A DNA stretch of 64,000 bases from Macrostomum lignano (taxonomy: Eukaryota): positions 186,001-250,000 of the forward strand of contig NIVC01000814.1 of assembly GCA_002269645.1 (NCBI GenBank). The letters run 5' to 3'. The translations under genes were made by a program, and so were the position numbers. Positions 54,101 through 64,000 of this stretch are shown in pieces. Position 1 is the first letter of the stretch. Each line of letters opens with the position of its first letter. Under the pieces are notes generated by a model. The model saw nothing but the letters and a program-made list of their open reading frames with translations. It did not search any database and was not told the origin of the DNA.

Positions 54101-57100
54101 ATATTTGATGGGTAATTCACCAGTGAATATTTGATTGGGAATTAACCTGATAGATCTTTGATGGGTAATTCACCAGGGGGATCTTTGATGGGTAATTCAC
54201 CAGAGGAATCTTTCATGAGTAATTCACTAGGGGAATCTTTGATAAGTAATTCACCAGGGGAATCTTTGATGGGTAATTCAATTCACCAGGGGAATCTTTG
54301 ATGGGTAATTCACCAGTGGAATATTTGATGGGTAATTCACCAGTGGAATATTTGATTGGGAATTAACCTGATAGATCTTTGATGGGTAATTCACCAGGGG
54401 GATCTTTGATGGGTAATTCACCAGAGGAATCTTTGATGGGTAATTCACCAGGGGAATCTTTGATGGGTAATTCACCAGTGGAATATTTGATGGGTAATTC
54501 ACCAGAGGAATCTTTCATGGGTTATTCACCAGTGGAATATTTGATTGGGAATTAACCTGATAGATCTTTGATGGGTAATTCACCAGTGGGATCTTTGATG
54601 GGTAATTCACCAGAGGAATCTTTGATGGGTAATTCACCAGGGGAATCTTTGATGGGTAATTCACCAGTGGAATATTTGATGGGTAATTCACCAGAGGAAT
54701 CTTTCATGGGTTATTCACCAGGGGAATCTTTGATTAGGAATTAACCTGATAGATCTTTGATGGGTAATTCACCGGGGGGATCTTTGATGGTGGATTCACC
54801 TATGGAATGCCAATCTGAGCATCTGAATGTATTTCAATAATGAATAATTAATTAATCCATCATTTAAGGTCTACCACGGCTTCACCCAGTTCAGTTTTCC
54901 TCGATCCAACAACTGCGCCAAGGCGCGTCGCCGGCGTCGACGCCGTCGTCGGCAGCAGCGCGGCTTCGATGACGACGATTTTGAAGACGAAGACGACGAC
55001 GATTTTGCTGATGACGTCATCGATTCAGAAGAAGAAGACAACGACTACGACGACATGGCCGACGACGATGACGATGACGATGAAGAAGAGGAGGCTGAAG
55101 TAGAGTACGCCCAGATTCACCTGCACCATGCCCAGATCAGCAAAGTGTCATTCGCCATCGAGCCAACCTGTTTCGTAGCGTTTCGCTTGAAATCGGCAGA
55201 GTTCAGTCGGCGAATCTGCTCGGAGGCCGGACTGCAGCCGGGCACCCTGTCGGCCGCCGAGACCCGCGATTTAGGCAAGAAGTGGATCGTGCTGGTGTCC
55301 GATAATGAGCGTGAAGGCGAGCTAAGAAAATTATTTGCATTCTATACAGATAAGAAGGCCGAGTCCCAGGCTAAATTTGATTTCGATTTGCAAAACTTGA
55401 ATAAAGTCTCGGCTAGAGGCATGCTGGATCATTGCCAGCAGGGATTCTTCAACGAGCTGCTCGGCTTGCCGCAACAACAGGCTTCGGCACCGGCAATGTC
55501 TTCAACTTTACAGCGGCTCCACAGCAGCTCCTCAACAGCTGGAGCAGCAATTAGTTGTTCCAGCAATGCATCGTCTGCTTCCGCTGTTGCAACGTCTGCT
55601 TCTTCTGCTGCTAAATCTGCCGAACTGTACCAGAAGGTGGCGAACTCCAATCTGGCTATTGGTCTTCTTGTGCAACAGAAGCACAAGCAGCAGAACTCGT
55701 CTGTTGGTAATGGAACTGCGTCCCAACAAATTGACGCCTCTGCGATTGAGCCATCGTCTCTGCAGGTGAGAAATTAGTTAAGAAAATTGGAAACGATGAC
55801 TCAGTGGTGGGAGGCAACTGAAGACTCAGTGGGAGGGAACTGAAGACTCTGTGGGAGGGAACTGAAGACTGTGGGAGGGAACTGAAGACTGTGGGAGGGA
55901 ACTGAAGACTATGGGAGGGAATTGAAGACTCAGTTGGAGGGAACTGGAGACTCAGTAGGAAGGAACTAAAGAATCTGTGGGAGGGAACTAAAGAATCTGT
56001 GGGAGGGAACTAAAGAATCTGTGGGAGGGAACTAAAGAATCTGTGGGTGGGAACTGAAGAATCTGTGGGAGGGAACTAAAGAATCTGTGGAAGGGAACTG
56101 AAGAATCTGTGGAAGGGAACTGAGGACTGTGTGGAAGGGAACTGAAGACTGTGTGGAGGGAACAGGACTCTGGATTACCCTAACGAAATTGTTTCAGAGC
56201 GAGTCGTCTCAGGAGCAGCGCCAGTTGTCAACAGCAACATCAGCATCGGCCCCGACATCGTCAGGAGCCGCTGACACAACCACCTCGAGCAGCAACAGCA
56301 AGCCGCCGCCCCGCCTCACTGGTCAGGTTATTGAGAAGTTCAGCTACTCACCTGGCGGCACAAACGGCATAACAATCACGAACGCGGATCTGATGTGCCT
56401 AAACCCGTGCGAGTACCTGAACGACGTGGCAATAGATTTCTATTTAAAGTACATGTACCACGAGATGCTAACGCCGGAACAACGCAAGAGTACGCACATA
56501 TTTAATTGTTTCTTTTTTAAACGGCTCAGTCAGAAACTGGACCCGCCGCCTGGGAAAGACGAATCAGCCGCTTCCTTGGCTATCCGTCGGCACGAGACAG
56601 TTGCCAAGTGGACTAGAAAAGTTGATTTATTCACTAAGGACTTTATTCTGATTCCTATCAATGAGAATTGTCATTGGTTCTTAGCCGTCATCTGCTTTCC
56701 CTGGATGGTTGGCATGGTGAATTATACAGGCAGCGCTGAGGCTCAAGTCAACAGCTTGCTGCCGTTCGACGTTCGAATGGCCAGCGACGGCACGCTTAGA
56801 ATGCCGTGCGTGCTCATGTTCGACAGCTTGATGGGCAGCACCCGAAGTCCGAACGTGCTGGCTATTAGAGAGTGAGTCACGTGACATTGTGTGTTCTTGC
56901 TCGGAGCTTGCTTGGTCACTGTAACAGCTGTTGCAGTGTCTGGGTTGGGGCTGTTCAGGTGCCTGAGTGGGGGCTGTTGCAGTGTCTGAGTGGGGGCTGT
57001 TGCAGTGTCTGAGTGGGGGCTGTTGCAGTGTCTGGGTTGGGGCTGTTCAGGTGCCTGAGTGGGGGCTGTTGCAGTGTCTGAGTGCGGGCTGTTGCAGTGT

Positions 57101-59511
57101 CTGGGTTGGAGCTGTTGCAGTGTATGAGTGGGGGCTGTTGCAGTGTCTGAGTGGGGGCTGTTGCAGTGTCTGGGTTGGGGCTGTTCAGGTGCCTGAGTGG
57201 GGGCTGTTGCAGTGTCTGAGTGGGGGCTGTTGCAGTGTCTGGGTTGGGGCTGTTCAGGTGCCTGAGTGGGGGCTGTTGCAGTGTCTGAGTGGGGGCTGTT
57301 GCAGTGTCTGGGTTGGGGCTGTTCAGGTGCCTGAGTGGGGGCTGTTGCAGTGTCTGAGTGGGGGCTGTTGCAGTGTCTGGGTTGGAGCTGTTGCAGTGTC
57401 TGAGTGGGGGCTGTTGCAGTGTCTGAGTGGGGCTATTGCAGTGTCTGAGTGGGGGCTGTTGCAGTGTCTGGGTTAGAGCTGTTGCAGTGTCTGAGTGGGG
57501 GCTGTTGCAGTGTCTGAGTGGGGGCTGTTGCAGTGTCTGAGTGGGGGCTGTTGCAGTGTCTGGGTTAGAGCTGTTGCAGTGTCTGAGTGGGGGCTGTTGC
57601 AGTGTCTGAGTGGGGGCTGTTGCAGTGTCTGAGTGGGGGCTGTTGCAGTGTCTGAGTGGGGGCTGTTGCAGTGTCTGAGTGGGGGCTGTTGCAGTGTCTG
57701 GGTTAGAGCTGTTGCAGTGTCTGAGTGGGGGCTGTTGCAGTGTCTGGGTTGGAGCTGTTGCAGTGTATGAGTGAGGGCTGTTGCAGTGTCTGGGTTAGAG
57801 CTGTTGCAGTGTCTGAGTGGGGGCTGTTGCAGTGTCTGAGTGGGGGCTGTTGCAGTGTCTGAGTGGGGGCTGTTGCAGTGTCTGAGTGGGGGCTGTTGCA
57901 GTGTCTGGGTTAGAGCTGTTGCAGTGTCTGAGTGGGGGCTGTTGCAGTGTCTGAGTGGGGGCTGTTGCAGTGTCTGAGTGGGGGCTGTTGCAGTGTCTGA
58001 GTGGGGGCTGTTGCAGTGTCTGAGTGGGGGCTGTTGCAGTGTCTGGGTTAGAGCTGTTGCAGTGTCTGAGTGGGGGCTGTTGCAGTGTCTGGGTTGGAGC
58101 TGTTGCAGTGTATGAGTGAGGGCTGTTGCAGTGTCTGGGTTAGAGCTGTTGCAGTGTCTGAGTGGGGGCTGTTGCAGTGTCTGGGTTAGAGCTGTTGCAG
58201 TGTCTGAGTGGGGGCTGTTGCAGTGTCTGAGTGGGGGCTGTTGCAGTGTCTGAGTGGGGGCTGTTGCAGTGTCTGGGTTAGAGCTGTTGCAGTGTCTGAG
58301 TGGGGCTGTTGCAGTGTCTGAGTTAGGGCTGTTTCAGCGGTTGATTGCAGTATCAATTCGAAACGTATTCAGTAAAAGTTAATTTGATTAATAAATCATT
58401 CAATCAAGATACCTGCAAGTCGAATGGGACATCAAAAAGAGATCAATGAAAGGTCCCAAAGTATTCGACAAGGAGACAATACGCGGCTATTGTCCGTGTG
58501 TGCCGCTGCAGCCCAACACTGTGGACTGCGGGCCGTACGTGCTGCACTACGCTGAGCTGTTTTTCAAACGGCCAGTTCGCGAGTTTACGCGCAACTATTT
58601 CCAGCTGGAGATGAGCAGCTGGTTTCGACAGGAAGAGATTAATCATAAACGGGCAGAGATACAGGTATATTTTTGTTGTGTGGACTGTCTTCTGTGAGAT
58701 TTACATGTATGTATGCCTGTTTTGGGTGTCCATGGCTCAGACAAGAAGGGTGTCCATGGCTCACTCAGTTTGGGTGTCCATGGCTCAGACAAAAAAGGTG
58801 TCCATGGCGAACAGGATGTGTGCATGGCCCAGTTAGGATGGGTGTCCATGGCCAATTTAAGATAGTTGTCAATGGCCCAGTTAAGATAGGTGTCCATGGC
58901 CAATTTAAGATAGTTGTCAATGGCCCAGTTAAGATAGGTGTCAATGGCCCAGTTAAGATAGGTGTCCATGGCCAATTTAAGATAGTTGTCAATGGCCCAG
59001 TTAAGATAGGTGTCAATGGCCCAGTTAAGATAGGTGTCCATGGCCCAGTTAAGATAGGTGTCCATGGCCCAGTTAAGATAGGTGTCTATGGCCCAGTTAA
59101 GATAGGTGTCCATGGCCCAGTTAAGATAAGTGTCCATGGCCCAGTTAAGATAGGTGTCCATGGCCCAGTTAAGATAGGTGTCCATGGCCCAGTTAAGATA
59201 GGTGTCCATGGCCCAGTTAAGATAGGTGTCCATGGCCCAGTTAAGATAGGTGTCCATGGCCCAGTTAAGATAGGTGTCCATGGCCCAGATAAGATAGGTG
59301 TCCATGTCTCAGTTAAGATAGGTGTCCATGGCCCATACAAGGAAGTCCATAACTCCACGCCCCAAATCCGATCGCGCAGGACCTCATCGTGAGCCTAGCC
59401 AGGAAGAACAATGCCCTGGGCCCAGACGCGGCCGCTGCACTTGCCGCAGCTGCCGGTAACTCTGACGGCTCGTCCGTTGGCGGCTCTGCTTCGTCTTCGT
59501 TCTGCGCATAG
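51191..59511 (+). CDS. SENP6/7: SENP6/7-type (Ulp2-like) SUMO chain-editing protease; exons 51191-52014, 52775-53090, 54869-55765, 56198-56871, 58409-58664, 59380-59511 (1032 aa)
   Basis: C48 peptidase motifs YLNDVAIDFYLKY, HIFNCFFF, WTRKVDLFTKDFILIPINENCHWFL (His), MFDSL (Asp) and QPNTVDCGPYVL (Cys), with the loop insertion typical of SENP6/7. Exon lengths sum to 3099 nt in frame. Confidence 0.88.
53110..54810 (+). repeat. 27-nt minisatellite (ggtaattcac(ttg/cag)gggaatctttgat(t/g)), SENP intron 2
   Basis: About 60 units in two variant blocks. Confidence 0.95.
55800..56160 (+). repeat. 23-25-nt minisatellite (gtgggagggaactgaagact), SENP intron 3
   Basis: About 15 units. Confidence 0.9.
56925..58335 (+). 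repeat. 23-nt minisatellite (ctgagtgggggctgttgcagtgt), SENP intron 4
   Basis: About 60 units. Confidence 0.97.
58720..59335 (+). repeat. 24-nt minisatellite (gttaagataggtgtccatggccca), SENP intron 5
   Basis: About 25 units. Confidence 0.95.
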
Positions 59512-60542
59512 ATAGTGCATCACCTTCAACTGGTTGATTGATTGATAGATCGAATTCCCACTTTCAATTTGCAAAAACAAACATGGCCTTGCCTTGAAGT
59601 TTGTATTTAAATTTGTTTATCCTTTAATTGGTTTTCCTTATAAATTTGTGCTGTAAATTAGTCTGGCATGTTGTAAATGTATATTTCAATTTCAAATAAT
59701 TTACTTCTAATGTAATTATCCTCCTGTTCAATTAATAAATAAGTTTGTATACGGCAATCTTATCTTGTGTCTGATGCTCTACTGCTCATTGCTATTTATC
59801 AGTTATTTATTTAAATAAGAATCAGTCAGTCAGCACTCGTACTGGCTCATTCGTTCAATCGCGAATAGTAGCATTTAATACATTTAGCTGAGAGATTTAC
59901 GAGTAATTCAAGCCTAAAAAACGCTAACATATTATTTAATTAATAATTCTTTTAGTTTTAGGAAGATATAATAAATATGTATATATCAGGTTTTTCGGTT
60001 ATATTCTTTGCTTGAGTATTTGTCCTGCTTAACTACTACTAGTACTGTAAGATGCGTAATTATTAGTATCATCTGTTCTGCCTCCTTTGTGTCTATTGAT
60101 TTTTTCTGTGCTGTCTGTCAATTCGTCATTTTCTTAACCTGAGCTGCTTAGCGCGTGCGTGTAGTGTATGTACATTGTGTATTGTCTATAAATGGGGTGA
60201 TGTTAATTTTTTTAAATAATAATTTTACATAAAAATACTCTTTATTGAACCTTGCTGCTTTCGATGCGATGGCTTTGCATTGAATTTAGTTATAATTTCG
60301 AAAAAGATTTGTGTGTAATAATTTTTATTAGTAAATTCTATTATGTCCGCGCATTTTTTAAAAACAATAGGAAGAGTTGGATGGATAGGTAGATAGATTC
60401 ATTCATTCATGGATAAGTATATGGTATCACCCCATGTATTCATTTATTTGGTCGACAGAGTGGCTGAGGGCTGCATTTATTGGCCGGGGCGAAGCCTGGC
60501 CGGATAAATTAACCATAGACTACAACCTCGAGGGGGTAAATC

Positions 60543-61010
<468 letters not shown>

Positions 61011-61207
61011 TTACTCGTCATCAAAGCACTAAAAATGGCGATTGCCGATATTAATTCATATCTATATTTGAAGGCCAGTATATTTACACAGGAAAATCAT
61101 GTCAATTTAAAGAGAAATGTTATGCTAATATGCTATTACATATTTGATCTGATTTGATAAATTATTTGTTTTTAACGAGTCCATCTTTCGAGTCGTCAAG
61201 TTCAGTT

Positions 61208-61660
61208 TCACTTCTTGCCGCCCATCAGCTGGGTGAACTCCTCAAAGTTGATCAGCCCGTCGCCATCGATGTCGCCGGCTTTGATCATCTGTCTGACCTC
61301 TTCGTCCGTCAGATTCTCGCCGATGTGCTTCATCATCGATTTGAGCTCTTCAAAATCGATCTGACCATCCTTGTTGGTGTCGAACGCGTTGAACACGTCG
61401 CGAATCTCTTTGGCCTCGTCCTGAGTTCGATACCGGCTGATCATGGTCAGGAACTCGGGGAACTCGATGGCCCCATTGCGGTCTCTGTCCACCATTTCGA
61501 TCATCTCCTCCAGCGACTCCGGGCCGATTTCCTTGATGCCCAGTTTGTTAAACAACATGCCCAACTCTTTTGAGGAGATTGAGCCGTCCTGGTCTGTGTC
61601 AATCAGGTCGAACACCTGCTTGTAGTGGACCAGATCGTCTGTGCTCAACTTTCCAGCCAT
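61208..61660 (-). CDS. Calmodulin-like EF-hand protein (4 EF hands, intronless CDS, 150 aa)
   Basis: Four canonical loops: DTDQDGSISSKE, DRDRNGAIEFPE, DTNKDGQIDFEE, DIDGDGLINFEE. Too divergent to be orthodox calmodulin. Confidence 0.9.
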   Translation of the reverse strand: MAGKLSTDDLVHYKQVFDLIDTDQDGSISSKELGMLFNKLGIKEIGPESLEEMIEMVDRDRNGAIEFPEFLTMISRYRTQDEAKEIRDVFNAFDTNKDGQIDFEELKSMMKHIGENLTDEEVRQMIKAGDIDGDGLINFEEFTQLMGGKK

Positions 61661-62269
61661 GCTGTTTAATTGATGCCAGAGAATTTGCTTCGCGAATCAA
61701 CCTAAACTTTGTCATTTAGACTTCTTCGCGTTGAGGCATTTAAACAACTCAATACCTGTCAGCTCAAGCCCGCGAAAGCTCTGAGATAAGATAAAAAGAA
61801 GATCGAAAATTGTTCCATTTTGCGCGCTCGTTCGATCAATGACCCCGTGCCAACTGAATTAGCAATTGATTCTATTAACCGTTTTCTTTCAAACTCTCGT
61901 TCGACTGCTATCTTGAATCTGCTTATCGATTTTGTTGCAGTTCTAAAAATAATCTGGCTCGAGCGTAAATCGACTTTTCGTGTGCTTGGCTTCTATATGT
62001 CTACTTGTTTAGTGTGATACCGCATAAACAGCACCTGTGTTTTGACTGATTTATAAATAGTTTATTTTTCATGAATTCTTGTCTTATCCTTCAAGCTGCT
62101 TTAGAGTTTAATTTACATTGACTATTTTCAATAGATTTTACCGACACAAACTACAAGTATATGCACATGTCCATGCACATCTACTTAGTTCTCCTGATTA
62201 AGTTAACTTGAAAATTATGTTTATTAGCTTCAAAATAATAGCAGTATCCCTTCAAATGACCCGCCATAA

Positions 62270-63010
62270 CCTTGAATGATATGGCAACCTCTTAAAATGG
62301 CAACCCCCCAAGTGACATGGCACCCCCCTCTCAAATGACATTGCGTCCCATCAAATGTTGTGATATCCTCTCAAATGGCATGGCATCCCATCAAATGTTG
62401 TGATATCCTCTCAAATGACATGGCATCCCATCAAATGTTGTGATATCCTCTCAAATGACATGGCATCCCATCAAATGACATGGCATCCAATCAAATGTTA
62501 TGACATCCTCTCAAATGACATGGCATCCCATCAAATGTTGTGATATCCTCTCAAATGACATGGCATCCCATCAAATGACATGGCATCCCATCAAATGTTG
62601 TGATATCCTCTCAAATGACATGGCATCCCATCAAGTGTTATGACATCCTCAAATGACATGGCATCCCATCAAATGTTATGACATCCTCTAAAATGACATG
62701 GCATCCCATCAAATGTTGTGATATCCTCTCAAATGACATGGCCTCCCATCAAGTGTTGTGACATCCTCAAGTGACATGGCATCCCATCAAATGTTATGAC
62801 ATCCTCTCAAATGACATGGCATCCCATCAAATGTTGTGATATCCTCTCAAATGGCATGGCATCCCATCAAGTGTTGTGATATCCTCTCCAATGACATGGC
62901 ATCCCATCAAATGTTATGACATCCCCTCAAATGACATGGCATCCCATCAAATGTTATGACATCCTCTCAAATGACATGGCATCCCATCAAATGACATGAC
63001 ATCCCTTGGC
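62270..63010 (+). repeat. 20/40-nt minisatellite (atcccatcaaatgttgtgat-atcctctcaaatgacatggc)
   Basis: Dimeric unit made of two related 20-mers. Confidence 0.93.
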
Positions 63011-63811
63011 ATGGCATCTAAGCTTACTCTATCTGACAAATACCAGAGTGTAGTTTTATCGATGCCCCTAACTTCAGAAAGTCACAAGGCTTCTTCGTGA
63101 CCAAAAACATTGATGACTTAGATCCAAAGCAGTTATAGAATATTGTCATAAAAATTGACTCATTCAAACTGCAGACAACAATAGAAGTGGCATATTGTTG
63201 CGATGCAGATCATACAGACTAGTGTAGTTAGGAGTTTTTTCTTCGTTTAAAGGGTTTCGTGCGCTTTTGCAAAGAAAAGGTGCTCAATGCCAGCTCTATT
63301 CATGCTGTTATGAAAAAAAATTTGATTGACTTCAACTAAACTGATTTGAATAGCTGTGGCACGACTCCGCCCAAAACATATATTAATATAGTAGCTGGAA
63401 ATTGCAAATATTCACACCCTATCATATATAGTGTTTAAAGTACAAGCACATGGTCAAACAGTAAAAGCTACCTACACAAGGTAAAACTCTAATTCCCTTG
63501 CAATGATCTGTACAATCAAAGGACAGCTTGTATTTCAAGTATCCATATCTACTTTTATGAACCACTCGTGGATCGATATGCCGAATGAAGTTCCTGTACC
63601 TGTATGTACAGGCAGTTTATATGATTACACTCCTTTCCCAATGAAGAAGATCAAATGTACCAATATGATGGACAGCTGTGTCCTTGGGCAAACACTTTGT
63701 TGGAAATGTGTGAAGCATTGATAACTTGACTTATTGCTCTTGCAGTTTATAGCATCCTATTCCAATGTGTCCGTTAGGTTAATCAAAAAAATTCTTTTTA
63801 AAATTTTCTCA

Positions 63812-64000
63812 AGCATCCCATAGCATACTTAACCCCCCAGTCACCCACCTCACTCCCTGCCCCAGCCCCATAGCATGTTTAACCCCCCCCCCAGTCACCC
63901 ACCTCACTCCCTGCCCCAGCCCATAGCATGTTGAACATCCCCAATCACCCACCTCACTCCCTGCCCAGTCCCATAGCATGTTTAACCCCCCCCCAGTCAC
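63812..64000 (+). repeat. About 46-nt C-rich tandem repeat running off the window
   Basis: cccatagcatgtttaacccccccagtcacccacctcactccctgc, about 4 units. Confidence 0.85.

Noticed and set aside
56967-59392. Repetitive ORFs in SENP introns 4-5
   Set aside because: Minisatellite translations.
61154-61573. 139-aa antisense ORF over the calmodulin-like gene
   Set aside because: Typical shadow ORF from biased codon usage.

Overview
Eukaryotic (metazoan) genomic DNA, with GC-rich spliced exons in AT-rich spacers. The compositional style suggests a free-living flatworm such as Macrostomum; this is an inference, not verified. I reconstructed eight protein-coding genes with canonical GT-AG junctions and frame-consistent phases: a Csk-like tyrosine kinase (5' part outside the window), an ankyrin-repeat protein, an MKK3/6-type MAP2K, metaxin-2-like, FAF2/UBXD8, PEX11, a SENP6/7-type SUMO protease and a calmodulin-like protein. 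The dominant unexplained structure is that 15 of the 18 complete introns each hold their own minisatellite (units of 16-48 nt, none shared between introns). Several units are built on splice-signal-like words: YAG|GT recursive-type junctions, GTGAGT donors and polypyrimidine-TAG acceptors. Others carry NF-Y or AP-1 consensus sites. The window also holds two tRNA-derived SINE families (one CORE-like), a Merlin-like MITE with a perfect 8-bp TSD, a Helitron nested in a TIR element, foldback elements with tandem-repeat arms, and domains strongly enriched in the palindromes TAGGCCTA and TACATGTA. Most long ORFs in the supplied track are artefacts of the tandem arrays. No CRISPR array, rRNA gene or bona fide tRNA gene was seen.
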